This document shows positions 37,995 to 52,352 of a stretch of DNA of 64,000 bases, piece after piece; position 1 is the first letter of the stretch, and each line of letters begins with the position of its first letter. Below the pieces are notes generated by a model that saw only the letters and a list, made by a program, of their open reading frames with translations, searched no databases and had not been told where the DNA came from. The DNA comes from Vicugna vicugna (Eukaryota), in contig MU057597.1 in NCBI GenBank assembly GCA_013265495.1, forward strand, positions 334,563-398,562, in the 5' to 3' direction. The position numbers and the translations under genes are program-made.

Positions 37995-38900
37995 CCCAGC
38001 AGAACTGGTGTCCTCATGCAGTGTCCTGAGGTGTCCCTGTGTTAACTGTGCTGTGTCACTGCTGTGCTGTAGCCCCCAGGTGTTCCAGGCTGTGCACATC
38101 CAGGGACCCGTTGACAGGAGCTTTGCCTTCCAGCAGTGCATCTGCTCAGTCAGGGATAGTGATCTCACTGTGCTGAGGGTGGGCAGAAGTCTGGAGCCTA
38201 AGGCAGCATGAAGGAGGCCCCCCCCCCGAAAAAAAGCTAAGATATCCTCTACAAAGTGCCTTTGTGACTGGACCCCATCACTTGCCCAGTTGCTGCTAAG
38301 TTTTCCCAGCAGGGCCGACTTCCTGACCTTCATACTGAATGTCCGGTGTCCTCTGGGTGGCAGCTTGTGTGTGTTCTTGTCGTGATGCCTTTGCTGAGAG
38401 GTCCTTTCCCTTGTTGCCCTGTTTCCCACGCGTGCGTGGAGGAGAGGTGGAGAAATGGGGAAAGTGGAGGGGAGCCTGTGGGGTGTGCAGGAGGGACCTG
38501 GCAGCCGGTGTGGGCGGCAGGATGAGCCTCGTGAGCGGTGTGTGCGCCTGTCTCTTGTGGGCTCCAGGGGCGTGTGGGACTGTGGGCACAGGATGTCTCA
38601 GTTCAGGCTGGAGCCCCTGGAATGGGGTTCATGGGTAGTTGTGGGGTTCACTGCATGGGTTGAGGTGTCATGGTGTCTTAGCTCAGGTTCCCTGGGACAC
38701 AGCTGCTGAGACTGAGGGTTATATGCCTTGGCTTAATTGGGTATTTTTCATGGTCGTACCTGAGGAGGACTGAAGGCAGTGGGTTTAGGCAGAGAGAAAC
38801 ATTTCGCTCAGATGTTGTTAGAAGTGTGGCCGGAGCTGAGCCCACGGGGAGCTCTGGGTTCAGGAGGACGGGTGCCTTGTCCTTAAGGGATGGACCTAGG
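37995..38900 (+). repeat. Near-identical paralogous intron tract (copy 2)
   Basis: Matches 13500-14400. No differences seen across 38111-38795. Confidence 0.9.
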
Positions 38901-40840
38901 GGGTTCCCCACAGCAGCCACTGCCCTAGTGACTGGTGTTTGGTCTTTTGGGAGGTCAAGAATCATTGTGCAGAGACACTGCTTTGTGAACCATCTGTGCT
39001 GTTTTACTTGCTGCAAGTAATACATTCTTGCATCATTGTGCAGTTTTTAGAGTAATAACTGGAAAATTTCAGAAATCATTTTGTGGGTCACCTTTGATAT
39101 TTTTACGATTTTCCTCTGCAATGGAAAAAGTTTCAGATGCACTGTGAAAATTCAGAGTGTTTCCTTGGGAGATGTTGATTTCTCACTGCAGCATGTGGTT
39201 CATTGGAAACATCTTGCTTTTATTTATAGTTTTTGGAGACGACAGTGTTTGGCTGTGATCTCTGTGAATGAAAATATGGTGTTTTGCATCTCGTGGTTCC
39301 TTGAGTGTACATGTATGTATTTTTTTGTTTGTATGTGTGTGTGTTTGATGTACATTTGTATTTTTCTCTCAGGCATGCTCTATTAGAGTTTGGAATGTTT
39401 TCTGGTATTTCATAGGAGGACGAGTGGATCACTATGTGTTGTGTGGAGTCTGTGTTGGTCCCCATGAGAATCTGTAAGTTCATTTGAGTCTGGAAGGGAA
39501 GTTATGAGCACTAAGCTTCAAATGGCAGGTTTTCATTGGAGAGATTCTGCTAGTTAAATCTGTGGACATAATTTGAGAAGGACCAGTAAGTTCTTTGATG
39601 TACGGAACGATCGTTCCAAGAATCAGAGGGCCAGCAATACCACAGTGATCTGCACTCTAGTGGACCATCCTTGGAAGATGTAGCTGCTCCTTCCTTGCTG
39701 CCAGACCAGTGCTGGTTCCTTTCCGGTCCTCTCTGTCTCAGACATGCACACAAACACACTTACACACAGACATACACAGATGTGCACCTAATGCAGACAA
39801 CAGGGAACCCTTGTGCTTTTTTGGTGGAAATGTAAGTGATACGGCTCTTACCAAAGACAATATGGAGGTTACTCAATAAATTGAACACGGAACAGGCACA
39901 TAATCTGTGAAACCCGCCTCTGGATAGATATCCAGTCACTTCATTGAGGGATATACTTGCAACACATACGTCTGCTGTCCATTGTGCTGACTATAGGAAT
40001 CCTACTTTGTTTCCATATCCTTGGAATTTGTTGAGAGAGTAACAGTCACCAAGTGTTCCCAGCACAGAGAAATAAGATGGTAATTGTGAGTTGATGATCA
40101 TTATTACACATTGTATATCTGTCCTATAATCACAGTGTAGCCCTCATAGGTACACCATTTTTATTTGTCAGTTATAGCTCAATAAAGCTGGAAAAGACAA
40201 TGAAAGTTGGAGGTGTGCTGGGCTTGCCTCCTCTGAGTGGTGCTCAACTCAAGTCTTCACCTTAGATTGCTAAGGCATTTTGCAAATACTTGGTTTGTAT
40301 CCCTGACCAGAGATTCCCCTTCACATAGTCTGTGGGGGGTCCAATCACCTGGCGCGTCTGATCCCAGTCTGCTGATTCCAGTCTGGGTCCCTCACTGAGC
40401 ATCCTGACTGAGTCCTCCCATCCTGAGGGCTGGGATCCGGGCTGAGGGGGAGGGGGCTCTGCTCTGTGTGGGGATGGCTCAGGGCCTGGTCTGTGACCTG
40501 AAGGGGGCTGTCGGGTCCAGCTGAGGCGCCCGCTGCTGCATTGTGGGTGAGGGGCTCACCAGGAGGGGAGGGTGATGTGAGGACAGGGTGGGGAAACTCC
40601 CTTGTTGTTCTGTGTGTGGAGCTTCCTGTCGCGAGTCCCTCCTGTGACAGTGGGCAGCAGAGTCCCTCCTGTTCCACGTGGTGAGGTCTCCCTTGTGTGT
40701 GTGGTTGTGGCACAGGGAGGGGTGTGTTGGTTCTCAGCATTAAGCAGCATCTTCCAACTTTCAGGATTGACTTCTGAAGACTCAGGTTCTCTGAGGAAGA
40801 AGCTCAGGAGAGGAGGAAGTGGACAGAAAAGGACTCGAGA

Positions 40841-40855
40841 ATGGCCCCTTCTCAG
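40841..40855 (+). CDS. Gene B first coding exon segment (MAPSQ; exon 40765-40855)
   Basis: tttcag|gattgac acceptor and agaATGGCCCCTTCTCAG|gtaaag. An in-frame upstream TGA in the exon supports this ATG as the start. Confidence 0.85.
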
Positions 40856-41449
40856 GTAAAGTCATACTCTCACTGGATTCTCAGTCCGTCCTTCCTGAAA
40901 TGCCCTTCTTTTTACTCACTAATCCTGTTTGACTGCAGCGTCCTGCCTGACACCTGTACATCCACAGTCACCCAGGGCCCTCCCTCAGCGCCTGTCCTCC
41001 CTACTCAGACTCCACCCCCAGGACCCCGGGACCTGGAACGTGTGAAGCGGCTCCCTGGGCGGTGTCCTGGGCAGGCTTCACCCCCGTGGGTTGGAGACGC
41101 AGAGTCAGTGCTGTGGGGCAGCAGGGAGGGTTTAGGGGCCCATCTGGGTGCGCTGTCTGCTCTCTGTAAACCAGAGAAAGAAGCTGCATGGGGAAGTCAG
41201 GTAGAGATGTGCACAGTACCTGGTCAAATGGGGAAATCAGACCAATAAGGAGAAATTTGTTCCGACTTTTTCTAAGACAGCTGAAGCTAAATGTGAGAGT
41301 CTGTTAAAATCTTAATGATTGTGAATGGAATGGAAAGTTCAGAGACAGACCTCAGTGATAGAGGGTGTTTTATTGCATCATTGAATTGAAACTATGAAGT
41401 CAACTATAATCTCTGAGAGTTGGAAATTCTTTAAATCTCTTTAATCAGC

Positions 41450-43120
41450 TTCAGTTCTCAAGCTTGTCTTTTCGCTCTGTGGGTTGCATCCTTTGACACA
41501 GCTTTTCCCTTTGATGCAGGTGAGGCCCCAGCTCCATCCTTTTGCTGGTGGATATCCAGTTTCTCAGCACCATTTGTTACTGAGTCTGTGCTTTCTTCTT
41601 TGTGTAGACTTGGCTCCTTTGTCAGCACATTTTCCATATATTCCAAGGATTATTTCTGAGTTTTCTAATCTGTTCCATTGGTTTATGTATTTGTGTTTAT
41701 GCCAGTACCACACTGTCTTAATTACTTTGTAGTGTGCTTTAAAATATAAAAATTATGGCCTCCATCTTTTTAAGAGTATTTTGGCTGTTTGGGGTCCCTT
41801 GAAATTCCCTGTGAATTTTAGCATGATTTTTTCTATTACTGTAAATATTGGGTATGAAATTTTGCTGTTGATCCCATTGAATCTGGAGAGTACTTTGAGT
41901 AATGTGGTCATTTTAAGAATATTAAGTCTTCAAAAAAATTTTTAGTCTTCCATTCCACAAGTACAGAATGTCTTTAAGTTTATTTATGTCTTTGGATTTC
42001 TTTTAGCAACATTCAGTAGTTTTCAGTGTATAAGTCTTTCACCTCCTTGGCTGATTTTTTTGGATCCCTTTTGATCCTATAGTAAATATGATTGTTTTCT
42101 AACTTTCTTTTGCCATTGTTTGTTGTGTGTAGAAATGCAGCTGATCTTTGATTTTTGCATTTTGTGGCATCATGCTGCAACTTTCTAAAGTTGTTTTTTG
42201 AAGTAGTAGTTTTCTCATGGATCTTTTTAGCTTGTTGTCCATGTAAAACCTTGTCACTTGCGAAGTAAGATTATTTTATTTCTTTTTCAATTTTGAATTG
42301 TTTTCTTTTATTCTTGCCTAATGCCTTTGGCTGGGACTTGACGCACTGCCTGAACGGCAGTGCAGAGTGTGCTGCTTTCCCCTTCTCTGTTGTAAGCGTT
42401 TGGCAGTGTACGCTTCCACTTTCATGCAGCTTTTGCTGCCTGTTGCAAATTTTGGTGTGGTTTTTTTTTTTTTTTTTTTTCGTTCAGATATCTTTATAAT
42501 TTCCTTGTGATGTCTTCTTTGACCCATTGCTTCTTTAAGAATGAGCTGTTTCATTTTCACGTTTGGGCAATTTTCCTGTTTTCCTTCTGCTCTTTATTTC
42601 TAGTTTCATTTCATTGCGGTTAGAGATGATACTTTTTGTGATGTCAGTCTTAAATTTGTTAAAATTTGTTTTGTTGCCTAACATGTGGTCTGTCAGAGAA
42701 TGTTTCAACTGTGCTTGAAGGATGTATTTTCTGCTGTTCTTGTGTGATGTGTTATGTATGTATCTGTTAGGTACACTCGTTCTGTAGTGTTGTTCAAGTC
42801 GTTTGTTTCCTTTTGATCTTTTTATTTATTTCCATGTATATGTAAAATTAGGAAATTGAATTCTCACATTAATGCTGTGCTGCTGGCTATTTCTCTTTTA
42901 TTTCTGTCAACATTTGCATCACGTTTAGCAGAGCTCTAATGTTAGATGTACGTTTATTTATAATTGTCATATCTTCTAGGGTAATTGACCCTTTTATCAT
43001 TATATAATATTCTTTATGTCTTGTGTCAGTTTCTGTCTTTATTTTGTCTGATATAGTACAGTCACCCCTGCTTTCATTAGGATGGAATATCTTTTCCATC
43101 CTTTTCCTTTTAGCCTTTTC
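41450..43120 (-). mobile_element. Old fragmented LINE-1 (intron 2 of gene B)
   Basis: Decayed L1 endonuclease-like peptide on the minus strand (ISDKIK...YYIMIKGSITLEDMTIIN). Confidence 0.7.
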
Positions 43121-44742
43121 CTCTCCTTAGATTTGTGAATGTTAATGGTTCTAATGTCTGGTACACTACTCCCTCTGTGTCTCTGGCTCTCATTTTTCCC
43201 TCCTGTTACTTCCTCAAGTGGCCCTTACTCAGGCACACTGTACAGTGGTGGAAGGCAGGAGCCCTGGCCAGCCTCCTTAACGCCACTGTGATTTCAGAGC
43301 GAATGTGTTGAGTGTTTATGTCTGATCACAGTGTTTGGTAAATGTTCTTGCTTAATTACAATATATATTTTTTTCATTTTCTTTTTCATCATGATTTTTA
43401 ATTATGCAATAAAATTTTAACTTTACTGTTGTGATAAATTTTTTAATATATCTTTTAAGTTAATGTGTAATAGTAATAACTTCTCTAATTTTGAATCTGT
43501 TTTCTGAGTGGAATACACAAACTCTGCTATGCATTTGTTAATACATACCTATGGAAATCTTTGTGGTTAAGATTGTATTAGTATTTTTGAATATAGGTGT
43601 TCCGTAGAGATTAAAATTAAAGTATCCCATATTTTTCAGCTTAGTACAGTTTAGTACACTTGATACTGTTTCATTATCCCAAAGTTGCTGAAATTCACAT
43701 GAATAAACTTGATGATAAGAAAAATCATGCAAAAAATATGTCCTTAGAGAACTTGGCTCATTTGAGTTAATTTTGTGTTTACATGTATGTCCATGAGTTC
43801 ATGGATGTTCACGTCCATGCTTTGATGAAGGACATCATAATTGCGTACCTAAGCATTGAAATTTATTTTGAATATATATTAAACTATGTATTATATCTAG
43901 TTGAGGTTTTATTTTAATTATATTCCGTGTCCTTGAATTTTTTTCTCTGCTATTCTTTTAATGGTTTAAATAGTAGTGAGATTACTAACTTGCTATGTGT
44001 GTGGTGTTCAGGCCCACATCTGTAGTGGCTCTTTATTCCCTGCCATGTTGTTCACCTTGGACTTCTTCCAGGTTTTCTCAGGGAACCCTCTGTTGATGTA
44101 CTTGTAATGCTCTTTTTGTTACTTAAGTTATTGCTTCTTTATCTTCATTTCAAGAGCCCAGCCACTTTAATTCCCGTCCTTGCTCTGTCATTTCTTAGCT
44201 TCTTGACCTGAGTTGAGTTTCTCATACTGTCTCTTGACAGTTTTCTCCTCTGTCAGATGGGAACAGATCTTTCTTCAGTGAGCTATGATGCTCATAAAAA
44301 GTTCTTACCTGTTAGGCACTTTGAGTAGTGATTAGCATATGGGAACTATTCAGACACCTTTAGTCATCATCATAATTTAAGATTTTGGCTTTTCTTTAAA
44401 GCTGCTGTGGACTTTGTCATCTCTGAAGATTCCAGTCATACTGTACCTCATCTAGACACTGAGTATCACTCAGGGTGTAGAACACAGTATGTAATACTTA
44501 TGCTTAGACAACTCATTGTTTTCTTGTATTGTCCACAAAAATTAGAAATCCGCATTGATAGGAGAATATCATAATCTCAATGAAAAAGCATAAGAAATTA
44601 AAATTAGAGACCCCTAATTTGCACCAAATACCTCTCCATGGATCTGTCAGAACACACACTTCAACTGAACTGATTTTTACCCCTCTCTCCTCTTTTCATT
44701 TTTCTTGTGAAAATAAGGGCTCTCCTTATGGCCGCTTGGTGA

Positions 44743-44976
<234 letters not shown>

Positions 44977-45281
44977 TGAGTGATCTGAAATCCCTGCTGA
45001 CTCAGACATGAAAAGGTTCACGATGCACATCAGGAGTTTAAAAGGACCTTTTCCTCAGATCTGTCTGCATCATTATACATCAGGGGCCATTACAGAGCTT
45101 ACTTATTTATAAAGCTCAATAGCAAACTTTTAATTTACCCACTGTCCTGCAGTTAAATGGTTGGTGAATTTTTGCAATATTTTTCTGTTCCCATGTGTAA
45201 TGTCCTAAATCCTCAGCTAAACAAGGAACTAGGATTCTGGGAAAGCCACAGCAAACCATGTTTCTTTCTTCTTATATGGAG

Positions 45282-45370
45282 GAATTTCTCTGTCTCATCT
45301 GAATATTTTACCCACTTTGTAGCAAGAAAAAGAGCCCTGGCTGTGGAGAGTGAGGTGAATGTCTTTGGGG
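45282..45370 (+). pseudogene. Degenerate KRAB-B exon of gene B
   Basis: Reads GISLSHLNILPTL*QEKEPW then a 1 bp deletion before VESEVN. TAG at 45320-45322. Confidence 0.8.
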
Positions 45371-46849
45371 ATGTATCTGTGTGTGAACACACCAGATCTT
45401 AGGAGGGCAGAGGGGAAACGTTATTATTAAATAGCGTTTGGGAAACTCTCCCCTCCTCAGAGACTTCTATGGGAATACAGAAGGTTATGTATTACTGTGA
45501 ACTCTGAGGAAATTTTTCTTCTCCGTAACTTATCACTCTGTTCTTGAACATGTAAAATGTGTTCTTTCACCCTCCAGTGGTGCTGTAGCTCCTCCAGAGG
45601 CAAAGGCAGTCTTTATCATGATCTGCACTCTGCCATGTGGCTCCTGTGAGTTCATTGTTGCTTGACTTTGAAGAGCATGAGACAGGCTTTTCTAAAGGGT
45701 TCTCTCTTGCCCCCTTATCTCCATCTAGACTGGGTTGCATTTGGATGCTCAGTTCTCAGTCCATATACATCAGAGCTGATGCCTCCAGACTGCAATCCCT
45801 GAAGCTCTCCCAGTTCCACCCCCTTGGATGTTTTTAGGAGACCTAACCAGGAGGTGATGAAACACTGGCTGCTCTTTAATTCCATCTGGAGCCTCATATC
45901 CTGCCCGGAGCTGTCTCAGGCCCTGTCTGCTTGTTAACATCCCTCAGCCATTTCTTCTACTGTTTCCGCCACCCACTGCAGGGAAGTGTGTCACAGCCAG
46001 GTTGACTGGATCTTCTGTGATGGTTACTTAGGAAAACTGTGAGGACAATGGGCAGAGATGCTCTTTTTCATTCCCAGTCCGTCATGGGATGAATATGTGA
46101 ATTTTGCAGGCTTTTAGTCTGGCATCTGTGGGTGGACTGCGTGGTTTCACGTCACGCTCCTATACTGTCTGACCCTCATACCTTGTGGTTTTTTCCTTTT
46201 ACTGCTGCACTTAGTCAGGGAAGGTGTACTCTTTCATATTCCGTATTCTCCTACGCTTGCATGATTTAGTGTCTGAAAGTTGTTTTTGAAATACATAGTC
46301 CTAGCATCCAGAATTTTATCCAGTCTCTTTGATGTGATAATCCACCCTTAGTTAATGGCCAGGTTCTGGTGGACTCTCTCTGGAGTGGGTTACTGGGTCA
46401 CAGAGCGTTTAGATGGAGAGTACTTCTCCTCATACATGTAGTATTTTCCTGCTACATACAACGTCACCCAGCTATTTAGTGGCGTGGTCAACATATTGTA
46501 CCATTCAAAATGGAAAGTATCTCCAGGGCCTGGCTGATAAGTCTTTTCAGATTTTTTCCTGCTTTTGAAGAATATCACAAACACATGTCTCAAGGGCCCT
46601 GTGACTGCGTTGTCCACATATGACCGTCCCCTTTCAGCCTTCGTAAATGGTATTAGAACTTATCCTAAGGACAGCAGTGTCCGAGTTTCCATTCCTGTAT
46701 TTGTGAGGCTGTTGAGTAAACCATTGGTGATGCCACATTTTTTGTCACCTGTGTGTGCCATTGTTCATTCTACCTTGATTTCAAAGCATCTTTATGAGAG
46801 AGCTTCTGAAGGGGAATGGCACCTTCAATGATGAACCATAATTTGTTTT

Positions 46850-49470
46850 GTTTGATAGGTGGCCATTCCCTCATTGAATGGCCCTGACGACCTCGTGGAA
46901 CATCATTTGACCGTATACACAAGAGTTTGTTTCTGGCGTCTCTGCTGTATTCCACTGGTCTCTCTCTCTCTCTCTCTCTTTTCTGCTGTCAAGGGTCTTT
47001 TGACATTGCTTATGAATCTTCAGATAGATTTATCTATTTCTTCAAGAAACACTGTTGGAATTTTACTAAGGATTGGGTTGAATCTTTTGATCGCTTTGGA
47101 TACTGCTGACATCCTGACAACAGTGACTTCTAGTCTAAGAACTTGGGATATCTTTGGATTAATTTGTGCCTTTTGTAATATTTTTAGCTGTGTTTTTTTT
47201 GCCTATGGCATACCGTATCTTTCCCTTTTTGTGTAAGGTCATGGTATTTTATTTTTTTATGGTATTGTAAATGGAATTGTTTCCTGAACTTCCTTCTTGA
47301 TTGTTCATTGTTAATGTGTAGAAACACCATTGATAATTTGCTTGTTGGTTTTGTATCTTGTAAAGTTTTTGAGTTGATTATTACTGTCAGTTTTTTTTGC
47401 AGAATCCTCAAGGTTTGTTCCATTTCCGTTTGTCAAAACAGATGATTTTGCTTCCTTTTGCTATTTGGATGCCTTTTATCTCTTTTTCTGCCTAAGTGTT
47501 TTTACTTGGACTTTTCAGTAATTTGTTTTTAGAAATAGTAAGAGTAGGCATTGTCTTTTTCCTGCTCTTGGACAGAAAGGTTTAAGTCATTCACCATTGA
47601 CTATGATGTTACCTGTGGCCTGTTAATATGTGTCCTTTATTATGTTGAGGTAGTATTTTTCTATTTCTAGTTTATTGAGTGTTTTTATCATAAAAGGCTG
47701 TTGACTTTAAATGCTTTTTTGTATCAACTAAGATGATCCTGTAGTTTTTCATTCTGTTATTTTGCTGTCTTACATTGAAAAGTTTTCATATGTTCAGCCA
47801 TCTTTAATATTTCAAAAGTTATCCCCATTAGTCATGATGTATAATTTTTAATGTGCTGTTGATTTCAGCTTACTGTTATTTTGTTGATGATTTTTGCATC
47901 ATTATTCATTAGAGATTTTATAGTCTGGTAGTGTCTTTGTCTGGCTTTGATATTAGAGTAATTCTGACCTCAGATAGGAAGTTTGGAAATGTTTCCTTAT
48001 TTTCAGTATTTTGAGGAAGAGTTGATGGAAGATTGTCTTAATTACTTTTAAATGTTCAATAGAGTTCTACAGTGAAGCTGTCTGGCCTTCCTTTGTTGAA
48101 TGGTTTTTGATTAATGACTTGGTCTTTTTATAGGTTATAGATTTTAGATTTTTAATTTCATCAAGATTCTGCCTTGGATGGTTGTGTTTCTGTAAGAATT
48201 TATCCATTTCTTTTCTGAGTTATCCAGTATTTACACTTAAAATTGTGTTAGTAATTTCTTCTAATTTTTTTTTCTTGGTTTCTGTGGAAGCAGTTGCAGT
48301 CTGTTGTAATATCCCCTCATTCAATTCTAATTTTAGTAATTTGAGTCTTACTCTTTTTTTTGTTAGTTCATGTAGGTAAGAGTTTGTCAGAGTAGTTGTT
48401 CTTACCAAAGAACCAACTTGCCGTGATTTTCTGTAGTTTTTATTCTGTATTTTATTTATCTCTAATCTAACTCTTTTTCCTTCTTTCTGCTAGTTTAAGG
48501 CATGTGTTGTTCTAAGATCTTTTCCTTTTGTTTTGTTTGTTTTGTTTTTTGGAAAAAAACTTTAAACCTGAACACCTTTCTCAGGACTCTTGGTAAACTA
48601 GGACCTCTATTGTGTACTTTTTTGTTTCTCTTTCCCTGCTTTATTGATAATTTACCTTATAACATAGCGTAAATTTAAACTGTACAGGGCGATGATTTGA
48701 TACACCCTTATATTCCAAAATGATTACCTTAATTGGTTTGTTAACACATACATCCACTCATTTAATTACAGTATTTCTTTGTGTGTTGAGGGCATTTAAG
48801 GTCTATTCTTAACAACTTTCTGTTGTATACACAGTATTAACTATAATCATCATACTGTACATTTGATTCCTAGAACTCTTTCCACTTATTCCTGGAAATG
48901 TATTCTTTTGACAGATCTCTCCCCATTCTGCCAGTCCCCAGCCTATACTGTTTCTATTAGTTTGGAAATATATATACAGTATGTAAAAAATACATATTTT
49001 AATAATGCTATCTCATGCATGAATGAGGTCATGCAGCATTAGTCTTTCTCTCTTACTTAATTTACTGAGTAAATATCCTGAGTGTCAACTGTGTTGGTGC
49101 AGATTAGCCAGATTTTCTTTTTTTCCCATGACTAAATAATGTAAGTACCACCTGTTTTTTGGTCTGTTTGTCTCTTGGTCACTCAGTTGTTGTCACACCG
49201 TGGCTATTGTTAGTAGTGGAATGTCGGAAGGAGTTCAGATATCTTTTTCAGACAGTGCTTTCCTATGGGAATTGGTTCATTACATGATTTTAAGAAAAAT
49301 ATTTTAGGAACTTTAAACTGTTTCCCATAGTGGCTGCACCAGTTTACATTCCCAGAAACAGATACTGCAGTTCCATTTCCTCCACACCCTCAACACTTGT
49401 CCTCTCTGGTCTTGTTGGTGACAGGTGTTCTAACAGGCATGGGTCATAGTTCATTGTGGTTTTGATTTGC
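46850..49470 (-). mobile_element. Old fragmented LINE-1 sequences (intron of gene B)
   Basis: T-rich antisense L1 motifs collinear with about 21650-24790. Confidence 0.65.
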
Positions 49471-49767
49471 ATTCCCTCCTGAGGGCACATCTGGGAACTG
49501 GGAGGCTTCCTTCAGTCAGTCTCACTGTAACCTACGAAGGTAAAAGACCAACAAAGTGTCCTGAATTCCCCTGCACCTTCCTGTTGATTGCTTTCACAGG
49601 AGGCACTTGCTTGGGTGCTGCAGCTTCTTTACTGGTTTCTAAATTTTTCTCAAAGTCTTTTTTGTTTATTTTTAACTTGGGTTCCTCATGGTTTAATGAG
49701 TGCCTGTGATTTCCTGTTGTGCCATCCTGCTCACATCACTCCTCATGTTTTTTTTCTTTTTCCCCCA

Positions 49768-49955
49768 CTTTTTTTTTTAAATTGAAGTACAGTCAGTTAC
49801 AATGTGTCAGTTTCTGGTGTACAGCACAGTGTCCCAGTCATGCATAAATATATGTGTATTCATTTTCATATTTTTTCGTTAAAGGTTTATTACAAGATAC
49901 TGAATATAGTTCCCTGTGCTTTACAGAATAAATTTGTTTTTTACTTATTTTTATA
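49768..49955 (-). mobile_element. LINE-1 3' end fragment
   Basis: Poly-T then aattgaagtacagtcagttacaatgtgtcagtttctggtgtacagc...gttccctgtgct. Confidence 0.75.
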
Positions 49956-50344
49956 TCTCATGGTTTTGTTTCCTTGTAGTGTTTGTGTTAAGAAATATAA
50001 TGATACGATCTCCAATAATTAGGACAGCTAAAGGAACACTATCATGTTTAATTACCCGGAGCATTAGAATAACATTTTTTATACCGAAGTCAGTACATTT
50101 CTTTTTTAAAGCATGTTATGCAATTAATATTTTAGTAACTTTTTTGTTGTTGTTTATTTACTAACTAATGTGATCATATCCTTAAGTTGCTCAGACTTTG
50201 GCGAACACCTCCTGCTAGTCTTGTTTCTCCTTACAAACTGCTTACCCAGTTAGGAGATCTTCATTCTGAAACCATGGCCTCCCTACTTTATGATACTGTT
50301 GGTATGTTTAGTTTTACCAGTGTCTGTACAGAATAAACTCATCT

Positions 50345-50483
50345 ATTTCCCTTTTTGAGGGATCGGGGGGTAACTAGGTTTGTTTGTTTATTTATTTATT
50401 TTTAAATGGAGGTACTGGGGGATTGAACCCAGGACCTTGTGCATAGTAGGCACACACTCTACCACTAAGCTATACCCTCCCCT
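50345..50483 (-). mobile_element. tRNA-derived SINE (Vic-1-like)
   Basis: ggaggtactgggggattgaacccaggacc...actaagctataccctcccc. Confidence 0.85.
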
Positions 50484-52352
50484 GCCTTCCATTTCCTTTT
50501 GATGGCCTCTGGGCTTTTGTTTCTGCTTCCTGCTAAGAGCACTGTTGCGGAATCTCCTGGAATATTATGTATGTTTTTGTTGAGTTTATACATGGAAATG
50601 ACAATGATGGAATACTCACTTTGATGCATGATATAGCAAATAGAGTAATAGATGTAAACCTTCTATCTCCCTATAATGATTAAATCTCTTTCGTTTCTGT
50701 CCTGTACGCATAATATAATCCTTCTAGTTCAAAAGAGGACAGTATCATGCTACTTGCTAAACCAGTTCTCTCGAGGTCAGTACATTAGGTGCAGGTGTGA
50801 ATGATGCAGTTACAGTCACACAGATGCGCAGTTACAGGCTGTGCTCCCACGTGTGCGTGTGCCCCATGCTCCACTCAGACCCTCTCTCCGTCCTGACCTT
50901 TCCTCATGTGGTACTTGGATGTGGATGGAAACATGGTTATTTGCTAGCACATATGAGTTCTCTGAAACATCTGGATATCCACAGCTGTCCTTCACCCATC
51001 CCTCCATCTTCCACATGACTCACTGTAAAAATAACCCCTCTTCAATCATTGAACACCTTTCTCAGGACTTGGTCCAAATCACTGTGTGCAGCCGTGATGA
51101 CTCAGAGACCATGTCCAGGACGGACGGCTGAATAACATTACTAGTTACACAGCTCATTACTTCTTGCATCTCCCTTGAAGTTTTCTTCTTGACTCTCTGT
51201 GTTTGTTGTCGTATTGTGTAATCTGTACACTTGGGTGAGCGGTCATGCTTATGTATGTTTTCTCAGTCTGCTGGTCCAGGTTCACATCTTGGTTCTTGCA
51301 CTAATTTCTATGTCAGTTTGGGTCGGTCATGTTCATAAACCTGAGTTTACTTCCCTTCCTTGAAAACTCGTGATAATTTCCCTCAAGGCTTTTAAGAGAA
51401 ATTATTACATTTAGTTGGCTTCGAATAGTGCATTTTTAGTAGTAAAGACTCAGAAGTCATTTTTGTTTAAAAAAATTTTTAACATTGTTACGTTTATTAT
51501 ACTTTTTTGTGTGTGTTATATATTTTATACCTTCCTCTTGCAATTTGTTCTCAACAATGTTGTGTCTGACCCTAGTTAAATCAATTCACAAATTTGTCAC
51601 TCTCCATTACATGTATTTTGGAGCCAACGAGCTGACTATTTAAGAGCACTGCACAGGTAGGGAACTGATCTATTTACCGACTGTTAATATAACTGAAGAA
51701 TATTTCATTTATTAATGTTTAATTTGGATATATATATGATGATCTTTCAGAATGTTTTGTGCTTATTCCTGGGTAGATAATTTTATAGGAGATTTTTTTT
51801 TAAATATTCTGTTTTCTTAAAAACTGCTTTATCAAATTCTTCATCTTCTCTATGCTGTATTTGTCTCCCAATTCTAAACTGCCAATCATTGAGATTATAT
51901 ATTGGATAAGCTGGTTTCAGATTGCTTACTGTTACCAAATATTGTCTTTTTTTAGCATTCATTTATGTATAATAAGTATTCAGAATATATGTATAATTAA
52001 CATTCTTTACTCTTCAATTATGAGACAGCAGTATGTTCAGTGTTAGTTACTACGTGCTTTGGAATCAGGCTTGAAGAATACACTTTTTTCGATAGCTAAC
52101 AGAAGTTTTTCCAGTGTGTTTTTGTCATAAGTTGTTTGAAAGGAAGGTGCCCTAAAATTAAGTGGAATTACCTCTGGTCACTTTGTTTTGAGTGAAGAAT
52201 CATTCCCTCTGTGTTTCCAAATATTTTAATATCATATTGGAAGGTTTCATACTCTGGTATATGTGCTAGTTTTAACGCAACATCATGTATTTAACGTGAA
52301 ATACTTACCTATGAATCGTGATGCTTAGGATACCTATGGTTATGTCTTGTAG

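Noticed and set aside
39604..39617. Perfect 14 bp palindrome GGAACGATCGTTCC
   Set aside because: A few such palindromes are expected by chance in 64 kb, and there is no supporting context.
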